Positions 26,797-35,941 of a stretch of 46,995 nucleotides of DNA are shown piece by piece; within the stretch, counting starts at the first letter, position 1, and the number at the start of each line of letters is the position of its first letter. The stretch is from Candidatus Micrarchaeota archaeon (GTDB lineage: Archaea > Micrarchaeota > Micrarchaeia > Burarchaeales > JACRGF01), in contig JACRGF010000005.1 of the NCBI GenBank assembly GCA_016212395.1, positions 1 through 46,995 on the forward strand, in the 5' to 3' direction. Position numbers and translations under genes: made by a program. The notes beneath the pieces were generated by a model. It was not told the DNA's origin. It worked only from the letters and a program-made list of their open reading frames with translations, and did not search any database.

Positions 26797-27315
26797 ATGA
26801 ACGACTTGGACTTGCTTGCATTGCTGTTGTTCATCCTGCCTGCTTACGTTGCGAACGCGTCTCCAGTGCTTTTCGGAGGAGGCGCGCCAGTGGACTTGAA
26901 GGGAAAATTCTGCGACAGGAAGAGAGTGTTCGGAGACGGCAAGACGTGGCGCGGGCTAATCGCAGGAATAGCGTGCGGAAGCCTGGTTGGAGTGGCTGAA
27001 ACATTCTTCTTCTCGAACAACGTTTTCATGCTGCAAGGTTTTCTTCTTTCTACAGGAGCGCTCGCAGGCGACTTGCTGGGAAGTTTTATCAAGAGGCGTT
27101 CGGGAATAAAGAGAGGCCAGCCGTCATTCCTCCTCGACCAGCTAATGTTCTTGTTCATAGCGTTATTGTTCGCAGCGCCAGTGCTCGCGAGCGAAAACGC
27201 GCCATTCAAGCTAACGCCAACAGGCTTGCTCGTGCTTGTAGTCTTAACCTACTTCCTGCACGTTTCAACTAATTATTTCGCGAACAAGGCAGGCTTGAAG
27301 AAAGTGCCTTGGTAA
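26797..27315 (+). CDS. carS: CDP-archaeol synthase
   Basis: PAYVANASP, P.D......D..R.FGDGKTWRG, GDLLGSFIKRR, LDQ, C-terminal LKKVPW. Confidence 0.95.
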   Translation: MNDLDLLALLLFILPAYVANASPVLFGGGAPVDLKGKFCDRKRVFGDGKTWRGLIAGIACGSLVGVAETFFFSNNVFMLQGFLLSTGALAGDLLGSFIKRRSGIKRGQPSFLLDQLMFLFIALLFAAPVLASENAPFKLTPTGLLVLVVLTYFLHVSTNYFANKAGLKKVPW

Positions 27316-27433
27316 AAAAAAAAAGCAAGGCGAAAACAACAACTTTTCCTCACTGCAGTTCACGACGTTGAAACTGCTGGGTTTAATAGGCAGAAAAGCC
27401 ATAATTATACTAGAGATAGCGCAGGGGGAGTTT

Positions 27434-28183
27434 ATGGCTCAAGTTAGAGTGGAAGCAATAGTCCGGCAGGCGATTTACAAGCCTGATGTTTTCGAGAAGG
27501 CGAAAAGGCGAGTGGAACGAGTTTTCGCTTTAAAGAGAAACAGGGGAGGGCTGAGCTTAAAGTGGGGGCTCATAGACTTGCTCGGAGGAAGGAGCGGAAG
27601 GATAGAGAGCGGAACGCTTACCGGATTTTACGACGCGCAGTACGGGGAATACAGCAAGGCGAGTGATGCTTTGCGCAGGGAAAGCGAGAACGTTTTGGAA
27701 CAAAACCCGCAGTTGAGGAGGTTAGACGTAGTGGCTGAAAAGCTTTTCGAAGGAGGGACGTTCAAAGTGCTTGGCGTGAAAAGCGTAATGCAAAAAACAG
27801 GAGCGCCTGCGAGAAGGCGCGAAACGCTTGAAGGAATAACTGCGGGAATAAGAGTGGAATCTGAAGACAGAATGGTTGCGGGAGTGCTCACGCTGGATTT
27901 GAAAGGAGAAGAAGTAAAGTTCACGAAGCTTGAAGTAGTGGATGGCAAGAACGGGAAAGCGTTTCTCGTGAGGCTGAGCCTGCCAACAGGGGGAGTAGTA
28001 GTGGAAGAATTCAGCTCGGTGTTTGAGCTTCAAGATTGCAAGTCGGAACGCGAAACAGCCAACACGCCGTTGAGCATCAAAGACGAATCAAAGAGAAAAT
28101 GGCCTTACACGAAGATAAACGACGTAGTGGGAATGCTGGCCCGGAGGATTTACGGAGTTCAGAAGAGAGAATTCGAGTTGTGA
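27434..28183 (+). CDS. Hypothetical protein
   Basis: ATG at 27434 behind GGGGAG; 249 aa; no recognisable motif. Confidence 0.65.
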   Translation: MAQVRVEAIVRQAIYKPDVFEKAKRRVERVFALKRNRGGLSLKWGLIDLLGGRSGRIESGTLTGFYDAQYGEYSKASDALRRESENVLEQNPQLRRLDVVAEKLFEGGTFKVLGVKSVMQKTGAPARRRETLEGITAGIRVESEDRMVAGVLTLDLKGEEVKFTKLEVVDGKNGKAFLVRLSLPTGGVVVEEFSSVFELQDCKSERETANTPLSIKDESKRKWPYTKINDVVGMLARRIYGVQKREFEL

Positions 28184-28278
28184 ACTTATAGTAAATCGCG
28201 TATATTTTTGAATTTACAATGCGCGATTTACTGCTAGCAAATAAGCACGAAATGTTCAAATATCTGGCTTATTTGCTA

Positions 28279-29592
28279 TCACTTCATTATTTTCTCCCAT
28301 TTTTTCAAGCGCAAAACTTCCCCGAGCGAGCTTCCGTTCTTTATTTCCTTCAAAACTCGTTCTTCCTTTTCCTTCACGTCTTTAGCTCTCTTCGCGATTT
28401 CCAAAGCGTTCTCCCCTGGAATTATTACTACTCCTGAATCGTCTGCCAAAATCCAGTCGCCTGGCTTGACAGCTCTGCCTCCGCATTCTATTGCAACGTT
28501 CGTTTCGCCAAACCCTTTAGGCTCGCCCGTGCAGGGAGTAACGAACTTCGCGAAAGCAGGGAAACCCATTTTCCTTATTTCTTCAACATCGCGAATTCCG
28601 CCGTTTATTACAACGCCTGAAAGTTTTTTTCTTTTCGCGCTCTCGCTTGCAAGCGCGCCCCACACTGCCTTTTCCACTCCCCCGCAATCAACTACTATAA
28701 CGTCGCCTTCACTAGCCTCGTCTATTGCTTCCACTGGCTTTGCCCAGTCGCCTGGAAAAGCACGAGCTGTAAACGCTTTGCCTACTGCCTTCAAGCCAGG
28801 AGTAATGCTGAGAATGCCGCGCATTCCACCTTCGCGGTGCATCGCGTCGCTCGCATTGCAACTTGAAACGGAAAAAAGCAAGGAACGAATTTCATCGTCA
28901 ACAGAAAGAAGGGAAGGTTGCTTTTCCTTTGAACCGCTGCTTGCAGTTTGCTTTTTCGCAGTATTCAACTGCATGCTTGTTTTTATCTCCTGTGCTGCTG
29001 AGCGGACGTCCGCGTTCTTCGTAATCCCTCCGCCCACGACAATAACATCAGCGCCTGCCTCGACGTATTCAGAAACGTTTTCAGCAGTAATACCACCTGC
29101 AACAGCAACCTTGCATTTTACTGCTTTCCTCACTTCGCGTAGAATGGAGAGGGGAAGCATTCCGCGCATTTGCTGGTCTATGCCAACGTGCACGCCAACT
29201 ATTTGAACTCCGAGTTTTTCGAGTTGCTTCGCGCGCTCTGCAGGATTGACAACATTTAAGATGTCTGCTTCAACGAGCGCGCCGAATTTTTTGCCTGCTT
29301 CCACTGCCTCGCGGATAGTCGCGTCGTCTGCAGCGCCGAGAACGGTTACAACGCCAGCGCCTGCCTTGGCAGCCATTTCAACTTCCAAAGCACCCACGTC
29401 CATTATTTTCAAGTCAGCAACAATAGTCTTGCTGGGAAAAAGCTTGCGCAACTCGCGCACTACTCGAATGCCTTCGCTCTTCACGAGAGGAGTGCCTGCC
29501 TCAAGCCAGTCCACGAACTCGCTTGCCTCTCGCGCGACAGCCAACGCGCGCTCGGAGTCAACAAAATCCAAAGCCAACTGAAGAAACGCCAT
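28279..29592 (-). CDS. hps: Fusion of 3-hexulose-6-phosphate synthase and an RraA/MenG-like domain
   Basis: LQLALD, WLEAGTPL, ADLKIMDVG, VHVGIDQQ, VAVAGGI (HPS); SDAM, GDWAKPVEAID, AVWGALA, GGIRD, PGDWILADDSGVV (RraA-like). Confidence 0.92.
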   Translation of the reverse strand: MAFLQLALDFVDSERALAVAREASEFVDWLEAGTPLVKSEGIRVVRELRKLFPSKTIVADLKIMDVGALEVEMAAKAGAGVVTVLGAADDATIREAVEAGKKFGALVEADILNVVNPAERAKQLEKLGVQIVGVHVGIDQQMRGMLPLSILREVRKAVKCKVAVAGGITAENVSEYVEAGADVIVVGGGITKNADVRSAAQEIKTSMQLNTAKKQTASSGSKEKQPSLLSVDDEIRSLLFSVSSCNASDAMHREGGMRGILSITPGLKAVGKAFTARAFPGDWAKPVEAIDEASEGDVIVVDCGGVEKAVWGALASESAKRKKLSGVVINGGIRDVEEIRKMGFPAFAKFVTPCTGEPKGFGETNVAIECGGRAVKPGDWILADDSGVVIIPGENALEIAKRAKDVKEKEERVLKEIKNGSSLGEVLRLKKWEKIMK

Positions 29593-29613
29593 AAACACGC
29601 AACCCAAAACCAT

Positions 29614-29669
29614 CAAAACTGCAAAACTACAAAACTTCTAAACTACAAAACCCCAAAACTCCAAAACCC
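29614..29669. repeat. Seven tandem degenerate 8-mers upstream of hps
   Basis: caaaactg caaaacta caaaactt ctaaacta caaaaccc caaaactc caaaaccc. Confidence 0.85.
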
Positions 29670-29752
29670 GCCAAAAATAATTAGGGACTAACTCGTTTAA
29701 ACGGTTTTCGCTCAGGAGAAAAAACAAGAGGAAAAAAAATTTGCAATGCAGG

Positions 29753-29905
29753 TTAGTCAAGGGCTTTCAGTTGCTTGGACCAAACGCGGTTGGGGGTTTT
29801 CTTGAGCCATGCAACGTACTGATCGAGGAATTCCAGCCGCTCGCGCAAGTTTTGCTTTTTTTGCCTTTTCAACTCCTGCAAATCGACGTTTGGGAAACTA
29901 GTCAA
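29753..29905 (-). CDS. Small 50-aa basic helical protein coupled to the nucleotidyltransferase gene (not in ORF track)
   Basis: TTG at 29905 behind AGGTG, overlapping the upstream stop: MTSFPNVDLQELKRQKKQNLRERLEFLDQYVAWLKKTPNRVWSKQLKALD. Confidence 0.7.
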   Translation of the reverse strand: MTSFPNVDLQELKRQKKQNLRERLEFLDQYVAWLKKTPNRVWSKQLKALD

Positions 29906-30518
29906 GGGATTCACCTGTAACTTCTTGAAATTTCTTGTTGGAAATGCTTAGCTTGCTCAGCATGTCCTTAAGCAACGGCATATTTAAATGCTCTTTTAAG
30001 AGCTTGTATAGAAACCGCGCGTCTTCCTTGTCTTTATCAGAACCCAGCCATAGTTTAAACGCGATTTGAAGTTCCAACTGCGAAATGTATAAGCGCTGGC
30101 CGTTGCACTCTACTTCCAACCGGTTTTCAAGGCAATAGCGATCCAAGGGAGTTTTCAACGGCTTGAATTCAATATTGGGGATAACTGAGCCTTTTCGATG
30201 GAAGCGCAAGGCAATGCCGCTGGAAAAAAGTTCAAACGCAAGTTTTGGGTCTGAGGTATTAAGGCACGCAAAGTCATTGGATGCAATGCTCCAAAATTCG
30301 GAAAACCGCTCGAACGGCAAGTCTTCCACGAAAATATCCACGTCTTCAGTGCTTCTATCCCTCCCGAAGAACAACGCTACATAACCTGAAATGAGAACGT
30401 ATTTCACCCCCGCCTTGCTTAAATGCTGAACGAAGGAAAAAACAAACCGGTCAATCGCGCGGAGATCCTTGTCGAAAACAATTCTTTTCGAAGTATAAAT
30501 TATGTCCACAACACTCAT
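29898..30518 (-). CDS. Nucleotidyltransferase-fold protein (DUF6036/AbiEii-like)
   Basis: YVLISGYVALFFGRDRSTEDVDIF (G...R.T.D.D) and C-terminal IAFKL..GSDKDKED. Confidence 0.8.
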   Translation of the reverse strand: MSVVDIIYTSKRIVFDKDLRAIDRFVFSFVQHLSKAGVKYVLISGYVALFFGRDRSTEDVDIFVEDLPFERFSEFWSIASNDFACLNTSDPKLAFELFSSGIALRFHRKGSVIPNIEFKPLKTPLDRYCLENRLEVECNGQRLYISQLELQIAFKLWLGSDKDKEDARFLYKLLKEHLNMPLLKDMLSKLSISNKKFQEVTGESLD

Positions 30519-30647
30519 CCTCTTGCCAAGTAAAAAACGAGGACAAAAATTAAAAGCATATAGATATGGCCACGCATATTAAACGGTTTTCGCTGGAAAC
30601 AACTGGGTTACGCTATGTTTTTATATTTCGCCAATTTATACAATAAT

Positions 30648-30842
30648 ATGGCAAAAACAGTATCCATTGAAATGATTCACGAAGATTTGGAAATCCTGAA
30701 AAAAGACATGGCAGAACTGAAGGCGCTGTTTTTAGAGCCGAAGCTAAAAAAAGAAATCGTGGACAAAGTAAGGCAAGCCAGGAAAAGAATAGCTGCAGTT
30801 TACGTTTCCAACGAAGATATCAAAAAAGAGTTCGGTGTCTGA
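30648..30842 (+). CDS. Putative antitoxin of the downstream RelE/ParE toxin
   Basis: 64 aa, directly abuts the toxin gene, ends EDIKKEFGV like RelE-associated antitoxins. Confidence 0.75.
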   Translation: MAKTVSIEMIHEDLEILKKDMAELKALFLEPKLKKEIVDKVRQARKRIAAVYVSNEDIKKEFGV

Positions 30843-31100
30843 GTGGCTTACGAAATAAGGTGGGATGAAAAAGCCCGCGAATTCTTGAGAAAAATCCAAT
30901 TTGAAGACGCTCAAAGGATAATAAGGAAAGTCAACGGCATTGCAGACTTTCCAGAACATTATTTGGGCTCGTTAGTAGAAGTGAAAGCATACAAGCTTAG
31001 AGTAGGCGACTACCGTGCCATCATAGACCTGGACAAAAACAATAAGATCATTTCAGTCTTATTCATAGGGCACAGAAAAAACATTTACGACAAGTTCTAG
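30843..31100 (+). CDS. relE: RelE/ParE-family toxin
   Basis: YEIRW..KA...L.K, YKLRVGDYRAI, IGHRKNIY. Confidence 0.92.
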   Translation: MAYEIRWDEKAREFLRKIQFEDAQRIIRKVNGIADFPEHYLGSLVEVKAYKLRVGDYRAIIDLDKNNKIISVLFIGHRKNIYDKF

Positions 31101-31123
31101 CACAAGAATTCATGGAAAAACAG

Positions 31124-31492
31124 TCAAGCCATTTTCTCAAGCGCAGCGTCTATCGCGTAGACGAGCGCATTGTTTTTCTTGCGCGCTTCTTCTGTTCTTA
31201 ACGCGCGCAATTCGTCTTCAACTATTTTCGCGTGGTAGTCGCCGAGAAGCTGGACTGCCTTAACCCTGTCTGCAGGGGCAGTGTTGGAGTTGCATGCTGC
31301 GCGAATCAAAACGTGAAACAACGCAGTCAACGGGTGAAGATTGCCTTCACGCACTGCTTTCGCAGCTTCGCGCGCGTCTTCCAGCATTCGCTGGCTGCGG
31401 AAGCCTCGTTTGTCCATGTCTTGCACGAGACGCGATGCTGTTTGCATGTTATCGCCTGTTTGCCTGCGCACAGGCTGCCTGGTTGGGTTCAT
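31124..31492 (-). CDS. Hypothetical helical (HEAT-like) protein
   Basis: Likely start MNPTRQ at 31492, just downstream of the relE stop; RVKAVQLLG...AIDAALEKM. Confidence 0.55.
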   Translation of the reverse strand: MNPTRQPVRRQTGDNMQTASRLVQDMDKRGFRSQRMLEDAREAAKAVREGNLHPLTALFHVLIRAACNSNTAPADRVKAVQLLGDYHAKIVEDELRALRTEEARKKNNALVYAIDAALEKMA

Positions 31493-31502
31493 AAGTTTCG
31501 CC

Positions 31503-31760
31503 TCATGCTTTTTTGTATATGTTTTTTCTGTGCCCAAAGGACAGGATGAAAACAATTTTTTCCTTATGCATGATTTTTGCAATGACTCGGTAGTCTCCAA
31601 CGCACAGTTTGTAGTCTTCCCGCTCAACAAGGCGTTCGAAAAAGTGAATTGGATTGCCTGAAGTTGAATCAAGCTTGTCGAGAATACGCTTGGCAGTCGG
31701 GTTGTCCAGTTTTTTCAGCTGGGACAATGACTCTTCGGAAAAAACGAGCTTGAAAGTCAT
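31503..31760 (-). CDS. relE: RelE/ParE-family toxin
   Basis: FKLVFS..S..QLKKLD, YKLCVGDYRVI, FGHRKNIYK. Confidence 0.9.
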   Translation of the reverse strand: MTFKLVFSEESLSQLKKLDNPTAKRILDKLDSTSGNPIHFFERLVEREDYKLCVGDYRVIAKIMHKEKIVFILSFGHRKNIYKKA

Positions 31761-32002
31761 TGTTTTATCCCCAGTTGTTTTCGAACGTCTTCAGAAGAGT
31801 AAGCCCTATTGTGGCGGATGTCGGACAATCCGCGGAGCAAGGACACTCTAAACTCTTTGGAATACTCGCCTTCATCATCGCCTTGAGGCACCAAGTCAAG
31901 CAAAGCATTCAGCAACTCGTCGTACGTCTCGCGAAACGACGACTTCAATTCAGACAAGCGCGCGCGAGTAGTTTCATCGATCTGGATAGTCGTATAAGCC
32001 AT
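31757..32002 (-). CDS. Putative antitoxin (RHH-like N-terminus)
   Basis: TTIQIDETTRARLSELK...ETYDELL; ATGA overlap with the toxin; ends EDVRKQLGI. Confidence 0.85.
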   Translation of the reverse strand: MAYTTIQIDETTRARLSELKSSFRETYDELLNALLDLVPQGDDEGEYSKEFRVSLLRGLSDIRHNRAYSSEDVRKQLGIKQ

Positions 32003-32101
32003 GTATAACCACCAATAGAGTAATTATACAAACATGCATAAAAACGTTTGTTCCTGCAAAAAAAGTCAGGGAAAAACAGTCAAGCCCGCCTTCCAATTTG
32101 T

Positions 32102-33328
32102 TTATGCTCTCGTCAGCTTGTAGAGGTTGTCTTTGATTATTGCTGCTAAAAACGAGTTTAACTTGGCGTCGTTTCTTTCTCTTGCGAGTTTAGTTAATGA
32201 AAGGTATTCTTGCCTCGCGTTCGAGTAGATGTTTATCAGCGGGAATCCTCGCCGCAGCAGCACGTAATTCCACACGAGGCGCGTTGCCCTGCTGTTTCCG
32301 TCTTCAAATGGGTGAATGTGCTGGAACTCGTTGTAAACAAAAGATGCGAACTTGACGGTTTCTTTAACGCCTCGTTTTTTGGATAAAAATTCATTTATCT
32401 TCCTGCACAACTCTTCCAGCTTCGGCAGAATTTCAGAAAAATAAGAGACTTTGTAAAAAGGGTTTCCTTGAATTGAAACATTCGCGGAACGAAAGCCTTC
32501 CCTGACGCCGGAATTGAACACGATAATTCTGTGAAGATCTATAACAAACTGGATTGAAAGAGGCTCGTTCAAGTGAGCCAGCAAGTAGTTTACGGCTGAG
32601 TAATAGTTTTTGACTTCATTAGCTTCCTTCAATTTCTTGTCTGCAGGAACGATGTCGTGAAGAATAAGGTCTTTTGACTGTTCCAGCGTAAACGTGTTGC
32701 CTTCCAATTGAGTCGAAGCAGAAGTAAACTCGATTTTCTGCTGTTCTTCAACATCTGCAAAACCAACGCCTTTTTCGAGCGCCTTAAACCCAGCCAGCAA
32801 ATTTTCAATTTCCTTATAAGAATCATTGGAGACCGCAGGCTTTCCAGCCTGTTTTTCTTTCTTCTTCAAGCCAAACAAACTCAAAACATCCTCAAAAACA
32901 GGCTCACGGACGAGCTTGGCTGCCAACGGCTTTTTCGAAACTATGAAAAGCAAATTAACCATGGACAAATAAGCCAAGTACTTCCTGGCAGTACGATAAT
33001 TCAAATGCTTGAAGTCAGCCAGCAAAACTTCTTCCTTGCCGGAAGCAACTTGAACCACATTTGCAAACTCTCGAGTCAAAAAAAAGTTGTAATTAACCCC
33101 TCTATTTCTGCAAAACTTCATTATGCTGAAAATACTCCAAACTCTTGCACTGTCCGTCATAGGCTCGTACAAGCCACGCGCTTCTTGGGAAACCAAACTT
33201 TCACGCAAAAGCTGGGCAAGCCTCTGCCTAACAGAAGAAGGTTTAGAGCCAACCTTTTCAGCCAAGACGCTGAGCCGAGCCTTCTTCAACTCAAACAACG
33301 CAAACAAAACGTCCCATTTACTTTTCAT
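32102..33328 (-). CDS. Fic-domain protein with N-terminal winged-HTH region
   Basis: Fic motif HPFEDGNSRATR, inhibitory helix STQLEGN, N-terminal LAEKVG...SVRQRLAQL..ESLV HTH. Confidence 0.92.
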   Translation of the reverse strand: MKSKWDVLFALFELKKARLSVLAEKVGSKPSSVRQRLAQLLRESLVSQEARGLYEPMTDSARVWSIFSIMKFCRNRGVNYNFFLTREFANVVQVASGKEEVLLADFKHLNYRTARKYLAYLSMVNLLFIVSKKPLAAKLVREPVFEDVLSLFGLKKKEKQAGKPAVSNDSYKEIENLLAGFKALEKGVGFADVEEQQKIEFTSASTQLEGNTFTLEQSKDLILHDIVPADKKLKEANEVKNYYSAVNYLLAHLNEPLSIQFVIDLHRIIVFNSGVREGFRSANVSIQGNPFYKVSYFSEILPKLEELCRKINEFLSKKRGVKETVKFASFVYNEFQHIHPFEDGNSRATRLVWNYVLLRRGFPLINIYSNARQEYLSLTKLARERNDAKLNSFLAAIIKDNLYKLTRA

Positions 33329-33369
33329 GCAATAATTAAGAAAAAAACAGTTTATAAATATTACCATAA

Positions 33370-33424
33370 TGCACTAAAAGTGAACAATTATTCACTTTTA
33401 ATGCAATATTGCACTAAAAGTAAA
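33370..33424. promoter_or_regulatory. Operator-like array upstream of the Fic-wHTH gene
   Basis: tgcactaaaagtgaa (33370), inverted copy ttcacttttaatgca (33391) and tgcactaaaagtaaa (33410), next to TATA-like tttataaa at 33351. Confidence 0.65.
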
Positions 33425-33507
33425 GAAGAAAAGGGGTTTTGTGAGCCGCGCTGATTAGCTCAACAATGTTTTCGTTCACAAACTATTAGAGACGTTTCAA
33501 TTTGAGT

Positions 33508-34242
33508 TTACAATCTTCGCCTCATGTTTTTTTCTGCTTGCTTCAGGTTTTTCTTGTTGTCGAACGAGGATAGAATGCGAACTAGTTGTTTCTTGTTTTT
33601 TCTTTTCAGTTTTCGAGCGAAGAAAGCGATGTTCGGAAGCGCGCGGACAACGTTGTCCACAATGGAAACATTTGCGGTTTGCGAAGTGCGCGAGAGAGGG
33701 TTCAAGTCTATTGCAATCACTTTTTTCTTCATTCTGCGCAGTGCCTGCGTTCTATCCCCGTCTTCTAATGGAACGAGAACAACGTTTGCAGAAAAAATTC
33801 CATTCGCACAAACGTGAGAACGAGCAGAAGCCAATGCAGGAATTTTCTTGTCTGGTTTTTCTCCGAGAATTTTTGTTTTGAATTTTTGTTTGAAGAGCTG
33901 GACTGTTTTTTTTCTGCGTGCTGGAGAATCGTAAAACAAGTTTACTTCAATCTTCGAATTTGTTTCACGCGCCAGTGAAACTATTTCTTTCGGGCAGAGC
34001 ACGGCAGTGTTTCCGTTCACTGAGATTACGGGGGAATGCGCGAGCAGAAGAAGAGCGGCTGCAGCTTGCTCTGCTTTTCTTGCTTCGCTCGTTGTTTTTT
34101 CGCCAATCAAGTAGTCGAACGCTTCCCCCCTGCCGAAAGCAATCAATCCACTAGGCGCAGTAATGCCTTTTTTCACTCCGTCTACTAGCGCGTGGCGTTG
34201 TTTCAAGGAGGAATAACGAGGGTGAGAAAGTGGGAGTTTCAT
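33508..34242 (-). CDS. 4-phosphopantoate--beta-alanine ligase (archaeal phosphopantothenate synthetase)
   Basis: HPRY.SL, GRGEAFDYLIGE, PVISVNGN, EVNLFY, VPLEDGDR, IDLNPLSRT, VDNVVRA. Confidence 0.95.
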   Translation of the reverse strand: MKLPLSHPRYSSLKQRHALVDGVKKGITAPSGLIAFGRGEAFDYLIGEKTTSEARKAEQAAAALLLLAHSPVISVNGNTAVLCPKEIVSLARETNSKIEVNLFYDSPARRKKTVQLFKQKFKTKILGEKPDKKIPALASARSHVCANGIFSANVVLVPLEDGDRTQALRRMKKKVIAIDLNPLSRTSQTANVSIVDNVVRALPNIAFFARKLKRKNKKQLVRILSSFDNKKNLKQAEKNMRRRL

Positions 34243-34258
34243 TCCGATTCCGTTTTTG

Positions 34259-35857
34259 TTATTCGTTTTTTTCTTTTAAAAATATTTTCTCGACTATTGC
34301 TCCGTAGGCAGGGCGGGAGATGAGCACTCCGAGCAGGTACCCGAGAATTGTCGAGGTTGCAAAGCCGATGATTTCAACCAAGCCGGAGAACATTAGCGGA
34401 AGCAAAGCAAGAATGGCGACGAGCGCGTTTGTTGAAATGACTTCGAACGCTCGGCCGAGCTTTCTTTTTGAAGTAGAGTGAGTCAAGCCTGTTTCCACTC
34501 CGTCTTCCTTCTTGAGCGCTTCGTCGGTAATAATGATTTGCGCGTCAACGCTCACGCCCATTGCAGCAATAATGCCTGCCATTGCGCTCAAGTCTATAGT
34601 GCCGACTCCGCCAATAATGCAGACGAGAATGATGAGTTCGGCAACTGAAACGAATATGACTGGAATGAAAATGCGCGGAGCGCGGTATCGGACTGCAATC
34701 AAGAGAATAATCGCTGCGAAAGCAACAACAGCACCGAGGATGGAGTAGCGCAGGAATTCAGCGCCAAGAGGCGCGGGAATAGTAGTCGCGCTTCCAACAA
34801 GAATTTGCACTGGGATAGCTCCTCCGCTTAGAATGCTTTTCAATTTTTTAGTCTCGTACTGCGCGTTGTCGTATTGCTCTCTAACGCTCGCGCCCCTGCC
34901 TCTCCCGCTTATTTGGTACATTTGGTTCAACTGGCCTTCAGTAACTCCGGACTGGAGAGTCGGAGAAGACAATAAGCCGACTGCCTCCCACTGCTCGAGC
35001 GACAAGCCTTTGTCAGTGGAAGTTACTTCTGGCATTAATTGCGCGCGCGTTTTCTTGACGATAGTGAAATTCATTTCAGAGAGTTTCGCGATCGTCTCGT
35101 TGTCCAAGTCGTCTGGAATTAATGCTTTCGTTTCATTCTTGTTTTGAATAGAGTCGAGTTCTGTTTGCGTCGCGTTCCAGTTGTTCTCGTCTAGAATTAT
35201 GAGCCCGATGTCTGACGCGCCTTCCTTCATTAACGCTTTTTTCAAGAGCGGCTCGAGTTCAGTTTCAGGGAACGAGTCGTTGTAAACAGCATCGCGCGGA
35301 GCAATTATCACTGCGCGTTCTGGCCTGTCGAGAAACATGTAGAGAGGGTAATTCGCCTTGCCTTTCGCAGCGTCAGCGAACACTTGCGCGCCTTTCTGCG
35401 TGACTGAAAAGCCTATAGACCATTCAACCACGTTCGCGCGAGTGGAAGGATTAGCAGGCCGAATGGAAGAAGGAATAATTTCTTTTCCAGTAATCGCAAC
35501 CTTGCCGTCAACAACTCCTTCAAAATTTCCTTGTTGCTTCACGAGCTTTTCAATCTCGTTCACCAAGCCAATGTCGCTTTTAGGGACTTCAACGTAAATC
35601 TCCGAATCGCCTACACCGCGCACGCGCACTTGAGTCAACCCGAACTTTGTAGTCCTCGTCTTCACAGTGTTGATTATTTCATCCATTGTGTAAGCTTCAA
35701 CTGCTTTCTCGAGCGACAAAGGAATGCGCGTTCCACCCTCGAATTCAATTCCGAAGTGAATCCCGCGCCACAACGCGAGCGACAACGCCAGCAAGACAAC
35801 TAGAGAAAGCAGAAGAATGCGCTTGTCTTTTATTAGTTCGTGAAACGCGTCAGCCAT
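34259..35857 (-). CDS. secD: Protein-export membrane protein SecD (archaeal type)
   Basis: FGIEFEGGT, large extracellular domain, L.GGAIPV, IDLSAMAGIIAAMGVSVDAQIIITDE, ISRPAY. Confidence 0.93.
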   Translation of the reverse strand: MADAFHELIKDKRILLLSLVVLLALSLALWRGIHFGIEFEGGTRIPLSLEKAVEAYTMDEIINTVKTRTTKFGLTQVRVRGVGDSEIYVEVPKSDIGLVNEIEKLVKQQGNFEGVVDGKVAITGKEIIPSSIRPANPSTRANVVEWSIGFSVTQKGAQVFADAAKGKANYPLYMFLDRPERAVIIAPRDAVYNDSFPETELEPLLKKALMKEGASDIGLIILDENNWNATQTELDSIQNKNETKALIPDDLDNETIAKLSEMNFTIVKKTRAQLMPEVTSTDKGLSLEQWEAVGLLSSPTLQSGVTEGQLNQMYQISGRGRGASVREQYDNAQYETKKLKSILSGGAIPVQILVGSATTIPAPLGAEFLRYSILGAVVAFAAIILLIAVRYRAPRIFIPVIFVSVAELIILVCIIGGVGTIDLSAMAGIIAAMGVSVDAQIIITDEALKKEDGVETGLTHSTSKRKLGRAFEVISTNALVAILALLPLMFSGLVEIIGFATSTILGYLLGVLISRPAYGAIVEKIFLKEKNE

Positions 35858-35941
35858 TGTTTAAACACCTTAAATGCCATCATTTTATTTTTCCATTTTG
35901 CTTTCCAGTTGTTTTCTTTTCCACGTTGTTTTGTCTTTGTT

